Assembly (NCBI GenBank): GCA_000182565.2
Contig: KQ257457.1
Strand: one strand, 5' to 3'
DNA from: Spizellomyces punctatus DAOM BR117
Lineage: Eukaryota
DNA length: 64,000 bases
Shown: piece by piece, positions 40,128 to 54,200 of the stretch
Layout: every line of letters begins with the position of its first letter
How positions within the stretch are numbered: the stretch's first letter is position 1
The notes under the pieces: generated by a model
The model's input: only the letters and a program-made list of their open reading frames with translations
Told to the model about the DNA's origin: nothing
Databases searched by the model: none
Translations under genes and position numbers: made by a program

Positions 40128-42884
40128 GTGCTACGCACCCTACAGCCAGTGGCTTGCTGCCTTGTGGAGTGCTGTGCCAAGCGATTAATGCGGGACAAAC
40201 TGCTACTGTTGGGAAGTCGCGGATATGGATATAATGCCCTGGCTCGTCGGCGCTTTGCACACACGCCAAAGGCGAAGATGGACAGTCATTTGCGTTCAGA
40301 GACACCACGACTTCGGATGAGTAGGTGCATGTCTCGGAGAAATCTGCCGCAGCGGCCGATCGATCAGTATCCGGGACTGCACCGAACGACTCGCCGTTTC
40401 CTTATGATGTTTCATGCCATCACCGTTGGTTCAGCACTGGGTTCTTTGTGGCTCAGCAAGAGAAAGATGCATACAGCTTCGCAGATGTTGCCAGTTTCCG
40501 AAGACGATCACCTCCCGCCTTGTGAGCCAGATGTCAGATATGCGATGCTGGATAAGTTGCGAACTTCGTTGCTCTGTGGTGATTGCCCGACCATTACCTG
40601 GAATTGTTACGCAGCTTTGACTGATAACGAGCGCACCGTACTCTCACGGGAGGATTTTGTTGACATAGTACGATCGATTGCTAAGCAACCGGATTCGTTC
40701 GCCGTTAAAAGATGTCTGGAGGTGCTCCTTCACATGTCAGTAGCCGGGTTCCCCCCATCAATCGAAGAATACAGTGTAGTGATAGGACTTTGCCGACGGG
40801 CACGAAAGTGGAAGGAAGCGGAGCGTCTAGTTGCGAGGATGTTACAACAAGGTTTACTCATCAATGACATGATCTATGAGGATTTGATGAGCATGTACGG
40901 GGAGCTTGGAGAAGTTGATAAGGCTACCCGGCTGTACGAAGAAATGCTACGTCTTGGACACCAGCCTACGCTTGTAGGGATTCCAGCCATCATTAAGGCC
41001 TGCGGTAAAACTGGTGCCATAGAGCAGGCAGAATCCATGCTGAAGCGGCTGAATGTGTTAGGTTTGCAGCCCAATGTTGACATTTATGCTGCTCTAATCC
41101 ATTTATACGCCAAAGCGGGACGTCGTGTGATCGCCATGGAGTATTTCGAACGAATGATTTCCATTGGATTGCAGCCAAACGTGGCGGTTTATACTATCTT
41201 GATCGATGCGTACTATCGCGCCGGAGACCAGTTGACTGTTCGCCGTCTTCAGAAGTTGATGAATTTGGCTGGGATAGAGCCGGATGTCGTTCTTTATGGT
41301 ACTTTGATTGCGGGTGCTGCTAGGATGGGCGATTTTGAGGAAGTTAGAATGCTCTTTGACCAATTAGCCCGGCGAGCCATACAACCGAGCGATATCACTT
41401 ATGATGGCCTTTTGGCTGGGTGCGCGCATCATGTGGAGCCGGAAGCGATTGGTCAGAGCGTGGATGCCATGAAGAGAGCCGGTGCCGAGCCTGGAGTACG
41501 TACCTTGAATTCGTTGCTGATTGCACTTGGGAAGAAAGGATATATTGATAGAGCCAGCACTCTTCTGACGGCCTGGAAGAAAAGCGGCCGTGATGTCAAT
41601 ACCGTCAATTACAACACGTTGCTCAAAATATATGCGAAGGTCTTAGGGGTGTCGCGAGCACTCGAGTTAATGGAGAGCCTTATAGCAACTGGCTTCAAGC
41701 CCAATGTGCGAACTTTTAACATCCTTTTAAACATATCCTTAAGATCCGGTGACCATACAAGCTCAGACAAGGTGCTGACGGCAATGCGTAAACGACGTGT
41801 TCCTGCTGATACAGTGACATACAACACCGTCATGAGTAGTGTTACCACGTCCTCCTCCTTGGGTCCAATCGTGGAAGAAGCTCATCGGCGGAAGATCAGA
41901 CTCGACCGCGTAAGCTTCCAGATCATCCTTCGTAACTTCGCCCGCGAACGAAATGCAGCCGGGGCCATGAATGTATTCCGACTTATGCATTCGATGGGCA
42001 TTCGAGCAGATTTGAAAGCATGGACTGCCCTAATTGATGCACATGGGAAGGCGGGAGAGCTAACTAAGATGGAAGAACTCATGAACATCTTACAAGGAGA
42101 AGGCTGGACGCCAGATGCCGTCTTGTACACATGTTTGATCGACGCTTACGGAAGGTGCAACGACGTTGCCGGTGCAGAACGTGCATGGACGCGCATGATT
42201 TCATCAGGATGCAAGCCCAGTAGTAAAGCGTACGCACAGCTTCTAAAAGGATACGTTCGCGCTCGCAACTATGGAGCCGCTTGGCAAGTAATCAAGGACA
42301 TGCAGCTGCGTGGGGTTACCATAGATCGCGTTATATATACCCAGCTTATACAGTGTGCGGGCATTGCAAGGGGCTACGAATTCGGACGAACCATCTTTAA
42401 CGAAATGATTGCGTCTGGTGTGGAACCAGACATTTACATTTTCAATACCCTTTTAGCTGTCGGCAGTAGAGGGGCAAGGGTGGAGGACATGACCGCATTA
42501 CTGGGGGAAATGTGGAGTAGGGCCATCCAGCCGAATTGCTTCTCCTATCGCGCCCTTTTTAGAAGATTTGTGGCGTCAATGGGAGCTCCAGGAATTGTGA
42601 GATTACACGAGCTCCTAACGGCCGCGGAAGGCTTCACTCCGGACGAAACCTACTACCAGGAGATGCTCAGGGCTCATTCGATGTGTCAGGACGCGGACGG
42701 CATGGCAGAAACATGGTCCAATATGATTCAGTGTGGAATTCAGCCAACGGCAAGTTTATTGTCCACATGTCTAAGTGGGGCCGTAAAATGTGGATTGCCT
42801 GACACTCTGGTCCAGATATGGAAACCATACCTGGATTCACAAGAGCATATGGCGTTGCATTCGCGGAAGGGAGTCTCTGTTTGA
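40128..42884 (+). CDS. Pentatricopeptide-repeat (PPR) protein
   Basis: Many tandem 35-aa repeats (GLQPNVAVYTILIDAY, PDAVLYTCLIDAYGR); true start uncertain. Confidence 0.92.
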   Translation: MLRTLQPVACCLVECCAKRLMRDKLLLLGSRGYGYNALARRRFAHTPKAKMDSHLRSETPRLRMSRCMSRRNLPQRPIDQYPGLHRTTRRFLMMFHAITVGSALGSLWLSKRKMHTASQMLPVSEDDHLPPCEPDVRYAMLDKLRTSLLCGDCPTITWNCYAALTDNERTVLSREDFVDIVRSIAKQPDSFAVKRCLEVLLHMSVAGFPPSIEEYSVVIGLCRRARKWKEAERLVARMLQQGLLINDMIYEDLMSMYGELGEVDKATRLYEEMLRLGHQPTLVGIPAIIKACGKTGAIEQAESMLKRLNVLGLQPNVDIYAALIHLYAKAGRRVIAMEYFERMISIGLQPNVAVYTILIDAYYRAGDQLTVRRLQKLMNLAGIEPDVVLYGTLIAGAARMGDFEEVRMLFDQLARRAIQPSDITYDGLLAGCAHHVEPEAIGQSVDAMKRAGAEPGVRTLNSLLIALGKKGYIDRASTLLTAWKKSGRDVNTVNYNTLLKIYAKVLGVSRALELMESLIATGFKPNVRTFNILLNISLRSGDHTSSDKVLTAMRKRRVPADTVTYNTVMSSVTTSSSLGPIVEEAHRRKIRLDRVSFQIILRNFARERNAAGAMNVFRLMHSMGIRADLKAWTALIDAHGKAGELTKMEELMNILQGEGWTPDAVLYTCLIDAYGRCNDVAGAERAWTRMISSGCKPSSKAYAQLLKGYVRARNYGAAWQVIKDMQLRGVTIDRVIYTQLIQCAGIARGYEFGRTIFNEMIASGVEPDIYIFNTLLAVGSRGARVEDMTALLGEMWSRAIQPNCFSYRALFRRFVASMGAPGIVRLHELLTAAEGFTPDETYYQEMLRAHSMCQDADGMAETWSNMIQCGIQPTASLLSTCLSGAVKCGLPDTLVQIWKPYLDSQEHMALHSRKGVSV

Positions 42885-45800
42885 CCTCAGCGGCCGTGCA
42901 GGGAGGAACACGCATGCCGCGCGTGCCGAATGCGAGCCCATGCCACGGTCGCTACCATTTTACAGAAGCGGTTTTCAGCGATGGGGGATATTTACTGGGC
43001 GATCTTCCATGGATCTATCTGCCGCTTTACCGGTCCATCTGCTGACTTCGTCGCCAGCTGGCCCGCCGCAAGGCTACGGCCAGGGTCTGCTCTTCTAAAT
43101 TGCAAATGCTCGTGGCACCACTACTTTGTATCATGTAATGACGCCCTTCATCCGAAGAAGAGTCAGCCTATCACAGGGCTTCCTTCAGCGAACCGAAAAC
43201 CTACCTGCAGCGCGGAAGCAAAACTACAATACAGAAAAAACAGAGGTGGCGCGGACGGGAGTCATGGTGTAGAGATCATATGCTACGCGGGGGCGTTCTG
43301 TGTCTCCATGTCGCCATTTCCTTAGGTGAGCATAATCTCATGTGTGTACCACAATAGACTGTACATTAATACGCTTTTGCTTGCTAGGCACTGCGGTCCG
43401 AGTGTCCGTTTAGCTTAGGCATGATAATAATGGATGTGCGCACTCAATGGTATGAAGGAGCCCTTACGCCTAGGCCAGCTGCCGACCCACTTGATGCTGG
43501 GTGACATGTGTCATTTCCTTATCCCATAATTCTCTGCTATAGCATACAATTACGCGAGCGATAAAACTAGGGTTTTATTGTTGATTCGCTGTTAGCTGAC
43601 CGAAGGTTCGAGTTATATAAGTGGCATGTACAATCTGATCTACTGGATGTTGACTAGACGAGTGTTGCCACGACCTGTCATGATTTATGTATGATATAAT
43701 GTTATTCACTCCGTTAGTTTTTCTCATATGCTGGCATACAGGGAAACAAGGATTAAAGGAAAAGTCGATCGTCTTTTGGTTGGAATTAGTGATTCGTATA
43801 CTTGTTGATGAAGGCCTGGTGGTGTTGAGAAAATCATGACCTGAATATTTCTTGACACTTGCGGCAAAAACATGCCACTGGCGACCCCCTCCTACAGTTG
43901 GACAGCATAATTGCGGGGCCCCAACTCTACCACCTGAAAAATGTCAGTTTACTTCTACGCTGTGCTGAGCGGAAGGGGTACTTGACTCCTATTTGGTGAC
44001 GAGAAGCCACCGCAATTTCGTTGTAGTCCAGTCAAATGTTCAAGAGGACGATCTCTTACAATAGTAAGGTTGGAAAACCTCAAAGCTCCATATTAATGGT
44101 ATTTATCAGTGCTATGGTAGGTGAAGTCATGTATCCAATAAATTGACACATGCTGGCCGACTCTGTATTTCCAGCATCCGGCTTTTGTCTGTGTTGGCGC
44201 ATATGCGTATCTCATAACTCAACGAGTTGGTTTGTTGTCTCTCTCATCTAAACCAATTGGAGAAATATTGGACTGTGATTTTGTCCTGCTCGGTAAGAGA
44301 AGAGTGTTGTGCTCCTGTCGCTAAAGCTCTATGTGTTCCGTCTTTAGGGTCTTAATACGTAAGTCGTATGTTGCATAGTCTGAGCGTTGCATGGATCGCA
44401 AGTTTCGCTGAGGACGTACTGTGGCAATAGGCCCTCTGCTTTTTTCCTTGCAAATGGGCAGATGTTTTGAGACTTGTGCATGCGATTACGAAAACCCTGG
44501 CTATTTGTGAGACGCACATATAATGAAAACTGTTCTCACATGAGGCGCTCAAGTATGAGTCGTCCCGAGGGACTTGCAGAGGACAATTCACGATCACCGT
44601 TCCGCTGCTGAGCCTACCGAGCCCAGCCAAATTGCACGAAATGTATCGTACGAACCTTGCTGTCGCTCATGCCATGCCACCAACTTGAAGGAGTCTTCGC
44701 AAAATGTGTGGTGTCTATCTTTAATCTAAACGGTAAGGCTTCAGACTGGGTTTGGGCTTCGTCTCGATTTCATGTGGGAGCCCGTTGTCACGCTTGGACA
44801 ATGTACTTGCTCTCCACGCGGTAATATGGATCATGGGCCGATGCGGATTCTTCAGCCTCCTTCTCGCTGCGCTTCGACTTCGTGTGCAGAAATGTCAATT
44901 GAGAAAGGCAATGTATAGTTTCCTGCACTGACAGATTGATTCCGTCCGGCAGCAAGAAGTTTGCAACACGAAGAAAGACCTTCGAGAGGTGGCACAATAT
45001 TGGCCCATGCTGCGGGTCAACAAGCGGTGAACAATGGCGCTCGTTCATGCGAGGGCTGGGCATGGCTGGGGATATATTGGGAGGACGGCTTGATCCAGAA
45101 AGCCGAGGACACATGTGACGCATATCGTGTATTGGAGCACTTTATTCTTGTCCTGACGTGATGCTGGGAAGATATTGCGAAATATAGCCTTGCGTTCCCC
45201 TGTCATATAAGGTCTTGGAGCAAGGAGGTGATCTTGGATTCACCTCCTTGCTCAGTTGCATTTGTGAATGGAATGATAACCTGTTACGGAAAGCCTTAAG
45301 GTCACAAGCTATGTGTCGCGAAATGTTTTCCCGGCAATCATTCTAGTGAAATGCTTCGGCGACAAGAGCCTTATAAGCTGCATGGATGCTGACCAGCGAG
45401 TTGCAGTGGACAGTGCCATGTGCGAGCGGGATTGACCATCCTGTTGTTAATTTCTTAGTAACGCTGTGGAAGAACTGAGGACAACAGTAGTTGATTCGAT
45501 CCGATGAACAACATACTTCGGGAGATATGTATCAATCCACGGAACGTCCAACACAAGTTGGCCACGGCGGCCACCTCATACATTTTATCCTTGCACCAGG
45601 GGCAGCTCCATGTTGTCTGATAGAAGTTCAAAGTTCTACCCCCCTTTTTGGATGCGCACGACACGTCCGTGCTAAACATCAGGATCGGTCGCGGGGGGCA
45701 ACCGACGACACAGATCCCAGATGGTGAAATGTTGGCCGCTCTCAGCGTTTGGGCGGACACTTCATGTCCCTGTCCAATGAAGCACAGGCCCGTGTTTTCC

Positions 45801-46113
45801 TACAGATTGAGCGCTTGCCGTTACAAGGCTACTTCAAATCATAGGAATAGAGATGCTAGCGATCGGAGTTGGGTTTTCCACATTGCTTGATCTACAATAT
45901 TCGTTTGCTTTAGAGCTCGTGTAGTTGCGTGTCCATTTATGGTTGGTCGACCACATGAAATCATTCACTGGCAGATGTTAGTAATCTGATAATTTTTTGC
46001 ATTTTTGTAGCGCCGCTGTGTTTTTGAAGATGACGAGGACCTAAGAGATCCTTACTAATGTGTCTAGGATATAGGCTTCAATAATATGTCAGCTCTTGTG
46101 TACAGATCCTACC

Positions 46114-48358
46114 CTATTTTGGCCCTTTATCTGCAATCTTCAAATTCAGTTCCATGTTCTTTTCCAACAAAGCTTTGTAGTCTCGCTTAAGTCCAGTCAT
46201 GTCCACATCCTTCTCTCGGACGACTTCGACCAGAGCTTCAACCTCGTTTTGTTTGGAGAGAAGCGCTGCTCGAAGCTAATGACCGAAGATGCGGTTAGCT
46301 GGATAGAGCAACGGGGAAATAATGGCATCTAGGTGCACACTGACCTCCAACTCGGCTTGAGCTGCTTTCCTCAAATTCTCTTTCTCTTTGTTATCGAGTG
46401 ATACGGAGGAAAGATGCTCCGACAAGTCCCCGCGAGTCTCAATCACCGTATCCGGTTGAACATCCAATCCCAGGGCCCGCGCTTTCCATCGATCGGCATC
46501 CAATCTCGCTTTTTCTAGCTCACTTTGTAGCTTTGCCATTTCTTGTGCGCTGGACTGGTTTAGGAGAGATTGTGCTTCGCGTAATTGACTCTCAAGACTG
46601 GCAAGTCGCCGACGGTCAGACTCAACAATGGACACCATGGAGCTGTACACTTTCTCCGCTTCTACACTGTGCGCTTCGTACTTTGCCTAGCACAGCAACC
46701 CATGAAGCAGAGCTAACGCTATTGGAAAGTGCAAGCTCAAACTTACCTTCAACTTCAATAATCGCGCTACCTCTGATTTAGACGAATTTAGTTCGGCGTT
46801 CAATTCAGAAGCGCGCCGCTCGAGCACGGTCACCATCCCGTTCGGATCTAATACGACAGATTTCTGTACTGATACGTTGTTTTCACCAGACTTCGCTTCT
46901 AGTTCTACATTCTGAGCTTCTTCAATCCCCCCCTTCTCTCCGATGAGGGATCCGAGCTCATCATGACCTTCAAGCGATTGTTCCTCATTAGTCTTCGCAG
47001 GTATAGCTATCTCCTCATTCTTCAATCTGCCGGCCAACATAGCTTCCAAATGGGCGGTCTTGTTGCGCAACGCAATCACCTCCCCTGCCGCAGAGCGCGC
47101 GGCTGATAGCTCAACTCTCAATCGGTCCATCTCGGTCTCAGCAACAAGGGCACGCTGCTGTGCCTCGGCGCAAATACTTCGCAGCTCTGACAATTCCGCT
47201 GGCATAATTGCGGCATCCGTACTTGGAATATCGGCTGTAGATCGCGCGTGAGATCCAGGACTCTGGTGAATCTTCTGTTGATGAGACACCGTTTCATCCA
47301 AAAGTCTCTCCAAATTTTCGTTCACATGTCCCAACCGCGAAATCTCCAAAATGGCAGTGTTCAATTCTTCCTGGGTCATTCGGAGTCTTTCGCTATCTGC
47401 TTTCGTATCCTCTTTGCGCATTTCATTCGCTCGCTCTAATGATTGCACAGTCTTTTCATACTCTTCAACTTTCGCCTGAAGTTCCGTCAATCGGGTTTCG
47501 AGAACGCGAAACTCGATGAGAGGCACACACTCTGGCCCCTCGTTTGGTGATGCGGCTGTGAACGCCCCGCGCTCTGGGACTGGCGCGGCCATCGATGCAG
47601 CCGAATCTCGTTTCGACACGGGATAGGACACGCTCCCTTAAATGTGGTTGTAGGTTAGGGATGGGTTTGCCTCGTTGCTAGCATGCACGCATATCTATAC
47701 TTCAATACATCGACCAACCATGAGACAGATCCTCAGGACGGCCCCCGTGTTGCCTTGCACCACGCCATACCGCTTCATGGGCAACTGGTGGAAATTGCTG
47801 TATTTTTGATCCGGGCAACATCGAATGGCGAGAAGATGGAAGAGAAGTGTACTGATTCTGCGGAGGTAAAGCCATTATTGAATGGCGGTGGGAGTTCATA
47901 CTAGATGGACGCTGTTGCACACCAGGTGCCCGCTGTGGAGTTGTCGACGACTGTTGTGATGGAGGCAGATGCTGCTGGAAATATTGTGGCGCATGCGGGG
48001 AATATGGCGGTCGATGATAGATTAATCGAGGACCAGCGGGGCGACCAGGTGGCGGGTACGGTTGGGGTGGAATATTGGGAACAGGTTGTTGTTGAGATAG
48101 TACAGGCGCATGCTGCTGGTGACGTGGGGTTTGCATTTCATTCGGATAGTATGGTGATACTGCCTTCGAAGAATCAAATTCAAAATCAACAACAGGACGA
48201 TTTTGCAGACCATAGCGAAGCACAAATTCTACCTGTCCAGATAATGGAAACGGGGAATGGTGCGCTGCTGCTGAAGGGTGTGACGCAGTACGAGGAGGCA
48301 AGTATTGCCTTTCGTCTGCAACTGGTGGCGCGTGATTGTATGGATGCTGGGTTGACAT
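46114..48358 (-). CDS. Multi-exon protein, Pro/Gln-rich N-terminus and long coiled coil
   Basis: Joined exons MSTQHPYNHAPP...LETRLTELQAKVEEYEK...KIADKGPK*, with GT-AG introns. Confidence 0.7.
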
Positions 48359-48649
48359 TGCTTTAAACTTGGGATCCCCAGGAGGGCGAACAGCCGTCAC
48401 TCTGTGGTCGAGGGAACCAGTTTGTCACTGACGGGTTCGGCTGGAACCTGGCTGGATTCTCTTTTGAATTATTTTTGGATAAACAGGTTGGGTGTTGGAA
48501 GGTCTGTCCACCGGAATGTCATCCACCGCAGCAGCACGTTCCGTGTCTCGAATTTTAACCATCTCTCCTGGCTCATTCCCGGTACTGGGACAGTGCTGCT
48601 CATTGGCTTGTTGGAGAACGCTGTACCAGAAAAGACTACAGTCTTCGAA

Positions 48650-51162
48650 ATGCGATCGCTTGCACGCTGTTCGGGTACCTGGCTCGGCGGCCGTCAATGG
48701 TAAGCAATTGGAGATAGCAACGCCCTCGACGTCTAGCGCACGAAAACAGTAAGTGGTTATTCATCTGGAGTATGAACACGAAACCCTTCATAAGACCTCT
48801 TCTCAGTAATAGGACACCTGAGCTTCCTCATACTCATCCTTCGAAGGAGCGGCAAGTTTCAAAAACGGTATGCACTTTCTGAGCTCTGATGAATAGTCTA
48901 TATTGCTAATTTCAGACTCCGGCACGTGTGGTTAGCTTAATGCCCCCGTTATAAGTGAAGATATTCAGGAGCTGTATAATGCACTCTCGACCCCTCCTCA
49001 ACCTAATGCTTGTGTGGGACCGAATAGTGTAGCTGCAACGAAATTAGATCCTGACTATCTACTCCGGTTAAAGTTGAGCTTTTCTGATACTTCAGAAAAA
49101 GATCAGCGCAATTTGAACGCATTACGGCGGACGGCTGCCAGCAGCTTAAAGCGACGAAATGTCTCTCTTGTCAATATCACCGAAGTCATACATGTGAACG
49201 CTTTGTCCAAGCGACCAAGGGAAGCGCAGATGGCCTTTGACATGATTGAAGAGAATGGCATGAAGCCTGATCTGATTGCTTTCAATCATTTGATGGATGC
49301 TTATGCGCGAGCGGACTGTCATGAACAAGCACTGGCAGTTTTTCAAACATTGGACGCATATGATCTGAAGCCAGATGCAATCACTTACGGAATTTTGGTT
49401 CATTCATGCATTAAGCATGGTGACCTCCGAGCTGGGTTTAAACTCTATGACCGCATGAAAGCTGCTGGCATACAACCTACGCAACCTGTGTTCACCTCCC
49501 TCATCAAAGGTTGTCTTCAAGCGGGCGACACCGCACGCGCGTGGAAAACCTTCAACTACATGCGATCCGAAATATGTGCGCCAGATGAAGTCACCTATTC
49601 TTTAATGATTCATGCATGCTCGAAAGCGGGCGATACAGAACGGGCATTAGACCTTTTTCAAGAAATGGCGGAGCGAGGGCTAATGGCAACGGAGGTCACT
49701 TTCACTTCATTGATTCAAGCATGCGCTACCAGAAGCGATTACTATCCAGAAGCATTTGAGCTACTAGGGCAGATGGCCGCGCAAGGGTTTACACCGAACC
49801 TTTACACATACAACGTACTGCTGAAAGGTGCAGCAAAACAAGGGGATATAATGAGAGCTCGGTTAATATGGAACGACCTTGTGGAGCGCGCGGAAGCTGA
49901 AGGAGAAGAATCTAAGTTGAAGCCGACAGGGCACACCTTCACCTACTTGTTGCGGACCTATGCGCACGCAGTCGCTATCTCTAGAAGAAGCAAGCGCTGT
50001 ACCAATACAGAGAATGGGTTGAATAGACACATTGCTAATACCAAGGTGACAACAGAGAGACGACCAACAGCATCAGAGGGTGAGAGCCGGCACCTCTCAA
50101 CTGGGGCGCATGCGGCATCTGATGATGGATCTTCTGTGGAAGCCGTTCCCTCGACACCTTGCACACTGTCTGACGATACCTCAGAGATTTTTGGACGCAC
50201 TCATTCATCAGTACCTCGGCTCACATCAGTTGATACAACCCCTAAAGTGCTTCTTGAAGATGCGAAGACAATTTGGAGATACTTAACGACCTCAGGCGTA
50301 CCAACTGTGAACTCTGCTAACGACCATACACATACGGACACATCTCCCCAGCCAGTGGTACCGGTGACCAGTCACATCCTCGATGCATATTTGTCCGTGC
50401 TTTGCGCGAACCCAGCAAACGCTGGCGCCCTTCCCTTAGCAATTCGCTTTTTCAACGAAGAATATCAGCGCTATGGCGTCGAACCTGGCGGCCAAGCCCG
50501 CTCTGAAGTTCTCGCCCTAGTCACGCGTGACAAACGCGCTATGGAAACGTGGGGCCAGACGATGTGGGATGATTTTCTGAAGTGGGATGCTGAGAAGGAA
50601 GCGCAGATGATGCTAAACGCCCCACTGCATGGGGACGGATTGCTAACTGAGGGAGAGAAAGAGATCATTCGGAAACGTGAAGCGCGAGGGAAAATGGATA
50701 TGTTCCGTAATTTTGTGAGGGTTGTCAACGGCTACACCAGGTTGGATCCTAGTTACAGTTGCTACGCATTGGACAACAATACTAATAATTATTGGCTTTC
50801 TTAGAATTGGGGATCTCGATTCAGCGCTCAGAACCATTTCCGAATCTCACCGTTTCCGCAGCTATTACTTTCTTCCTCAAATTCAGTTTAGTGACGTATG
50901 GTCTCTGGTTATTCAATCACGGGACCTCGCCGAAGACGGCAAACATGATATTGCGCGACGCTTACTGGAGCTATGTCCGCGACCTGTTAAAAGTCCGCTA
51001 GATGAGGTTCAGCGAAGACTGAAGGCCAAGTATGTGGGCGGGGGATGGTGGGGTTGGGAGGCGCTTGGACTCCAGCAGGAAGAAAGGATTAAAGTAGCGA
51101 AACTGCAGAAGCGGCAGAATCGAGAGAGACTGGTCAAATTGCACAGGAGCCAGAGACTGTAG
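48650..51162 (+). CDS. Mitochondrial PPR protein (Ccm1-like), multi-exon
   Basis: PPR repeats in 49014-50741, intron ~50742-50805, Arg/Ser-rich N-terminus; start inferred. Confidence 0.85.
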
Positions 51163-51258
51163 CAGGTTACGTGTATGCACGCAGCCAGATGAACTAGAAA
51201 TATGATATGAACGTATGTAGTCCGCTATGTCCTATCTAGAGCTATGTAGAACGAGTGA

Positions 51259-54200
51259 TCAGGCGGATGCCGCAGCTTTGCCAGTGTCATCCTTGTGTGA
51301 TTCTTCAATCTTTCGAATAACTTCTTGAGCCGCGAGGGGGATCTTGGTCCCTATAGAAAACACCAATGCCTGTTAATCTTACTACGGAACAATGATTAAA
51401 ACCGATACATACCAGGCCCAAAGATGCAGCTGACTCCATGTTCGTACAAGAAAGCGTAGTCCTGCTGTGGAATGACTCCTCCAACAACAACCAATTTATC
51501 GCAAGCCCCTAATTTCTTTAACCTATATGATGTTCACTTAGCGGTGTTCTGCTGAAGAATATTTGCGACACAACTCACTCTTCAATCAGCTCCGGTACCA
51601 AAGTCTTATGACCAGCGGCCTGTGAACTGACACCCACTACATGAACATCAGCATCGACCGCCTGACGGGCGACCTCAGCTGGAGTCTGCGTAAGAAGTAC
51701 CACACCCGTGGTCAGCACGTGCTCCTAGCAACACTAGAAAGGGGGGAAAATACCTGAAATAGGGGTCCAATGTCGACATCAAATCCCAAATCCGCAAAAC
51801 CACTGGCGATAACCTTCGCTCCCCGATCATGTCCATCTTGTCCCATCTTGCCGACTAGGATACGTGGACGACGGCCTTCACGATGCATGAATTCCTACAC
51901 CTCTATAAGTCACCAGGGTGAATGAAACCTGCAAAGTGCCATCTCGTACCTGAACCATCGCCAAGGTCTTGGCGATATCTTCACTTGCTCCGTATTCAGA
52001 TTTGTAAGCGCCGCTGACAACTCTGACTGTTGGGTTGTGGCGTCCCCATATCTGGTATATACGGTAATGGGCATTGGAACTATGTCAGTCCGCATATATA
52101 GCACAGAGAATATCGTACCTGCTCCAACGCATATGTAATTTCCCCGACGGTACATCGTGCTTTGGCAGCCTAGGTAATGCGTAAGCACTCGAAATACAGA
52201 AACAAGTGCATCACGATAGTACCTCAATCGCCAATGCTAAGGTATTTCCTTGTCCGGATCTTGCACTGTCCGTTAACGCGTCCAAGGCCCTCGCTGCCTA
52301 TGATACCCCATTGAGGTTGGCAAAGGCTGGAACAACTCAAGTCCGAAAAAGGAGAGACAAAACTCACTCGTTCCTGATCCCTCGTGGTCTTGACAATATT
52401 GATCTTAGCGATCTAGTCGGCGGTGTTTACTATTAGTCGGACACCGATGACCACTGACGCCCATGCATACCTGGGCGTTCCGGACTTGAGAGTTGTCAAT
52501 GGCTAAGACATCCACGGCATTGTCGTCTTTTTCCACTCGATACTTATTCACACCAACAATAACTTCTACTCCCCGTATTTACATATGAGAAATGATGCAA
52601 TTTGCGTAATCAAGACAGCCACGATACCTTGCCCGGAGTCAATACGTGCTTGTCGCTTCGCTGCAGACTCTTCGATCCTCAGCTTAGGCATGCCGCTAGC
52701 AACCGCTTTAGCCATTCCTCCCATAGATTCCACCTCTGCAATAATAGCGTGCGCTCTGTCAAAAAGTTCATTGGTCAAGGACTCCATTAAGTAACTGCCA
52801 CCCCATGGATCCGCGACCTAAAAAGGGAGCGGCCGCCGTCAATATAAACGGAGAGCGGCAGGTCCATTTCTGTAGCCTCCTACGAACCTTAGGAATGAAT
52901 GCTTCTGTTTGCAAAATAAGCTGTGTGTTACGCGCAATACGCGCGCTAAATTCGGTTGGCAGACCGATAGCTTCGTCGAGCGCGTTTGTATGCAAGGACT
53001 GTGTCCCTCCCAGCGTTGCTGCCATGGCTTCAATTGTCGTACGAATTACATTGTTATAAGGATCCTACAATTTCAGTAGGACGGTAAGTCCCAAATTCAG
53101 GCACGAAACAGTGATGTCACCACCTGCTCCGTTAGTGACCATCCCGAAGTTTGACAGTGAGTTCTTAATAAAAGCGATTTTTTATTCTGAGGTTGAAATT
53201 TTTCCTTGACCAATGTGGCCCATAGGCGACGCGCTGCCCGTAACTTCGCGATTTCCTTCGGCACAGAATGCAATAAGCCGCTCGCCGCGTCGAACTCAGC
53301 ACGGCGCCTACAAGGCAGCATACCATATAGAAATTCATCCCAATCCCTGACACAAAAGAGCAGATGATTTAACATCAAGCACCTCACCAGCCGCAGTATG
53401 ACATATATGCGTACCGAAAAAGAAAGACAAGCGCGGTGCGAAATCGTCGACAGTCATTCCCGCTTTCAAACCTATCGCATCATGCATAGGATAAATGTGT
53501 AGTTCAGCAACTCACTTGCTACTGCCAGTACCTGTGCGGACATATCTAAATCCGAAATTTAGAGCAGAGGGCTTACAATCGGATAAATTTGTAACTTACT
53601 CTAAGCCGTCTGCAATGGTGAATGCCAATTCCAAGGCATTGTCTGCACCTGCCTCCTGAATGTGATAACCAGATATAGAAATGGAATTGTACTTCGGCAT
53701 GTGCTATATAACACATGCTTATGAAAAGTTCTGACCAAAATGCGACGACTCTCCAAACTCACCTTTGCAGTGTATTCAAAGATGTCGCCAATCAGCTTCA
53801 TGGAGGGTTCAGGAGGATAAATAAAGGTGTTTCTAACCATAAATTCTTTTAGAATATCATTTTGAATCGTTCCAGACAGTTCTTTTTGTTGTGCACCCTG
53901 TTGGAGATAAGGTGAGTTGGTTCATCAATGGCTCCCGGTTCAAGATTTCTGAATGGCTTAGACCTGCTCCTCCCCTGCAACAATGTACATGGCCAAAATA
54001 GGCAGAACTGCACCATTCATAGTCATCGAAACCGACATGCGATTCAACGGAATACCATCGAACAAACGCTAAGACGCATTATCGTGAATCACACAAACAG
54101 AGAGTAGGTCACTGAACAAAGAGATACCTTCATATCCTCAACAGAGTCAATGGCAACTCCTGCCATTCCGACATCACCCACGACCCGTGGATGATCACTG

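Noticed and set aside
43330-45900. Possible decayed histidine-phosphatase-like gene (VGHGGHL)
   Set aside because: Only a short motif; no consistent exon chain could be built
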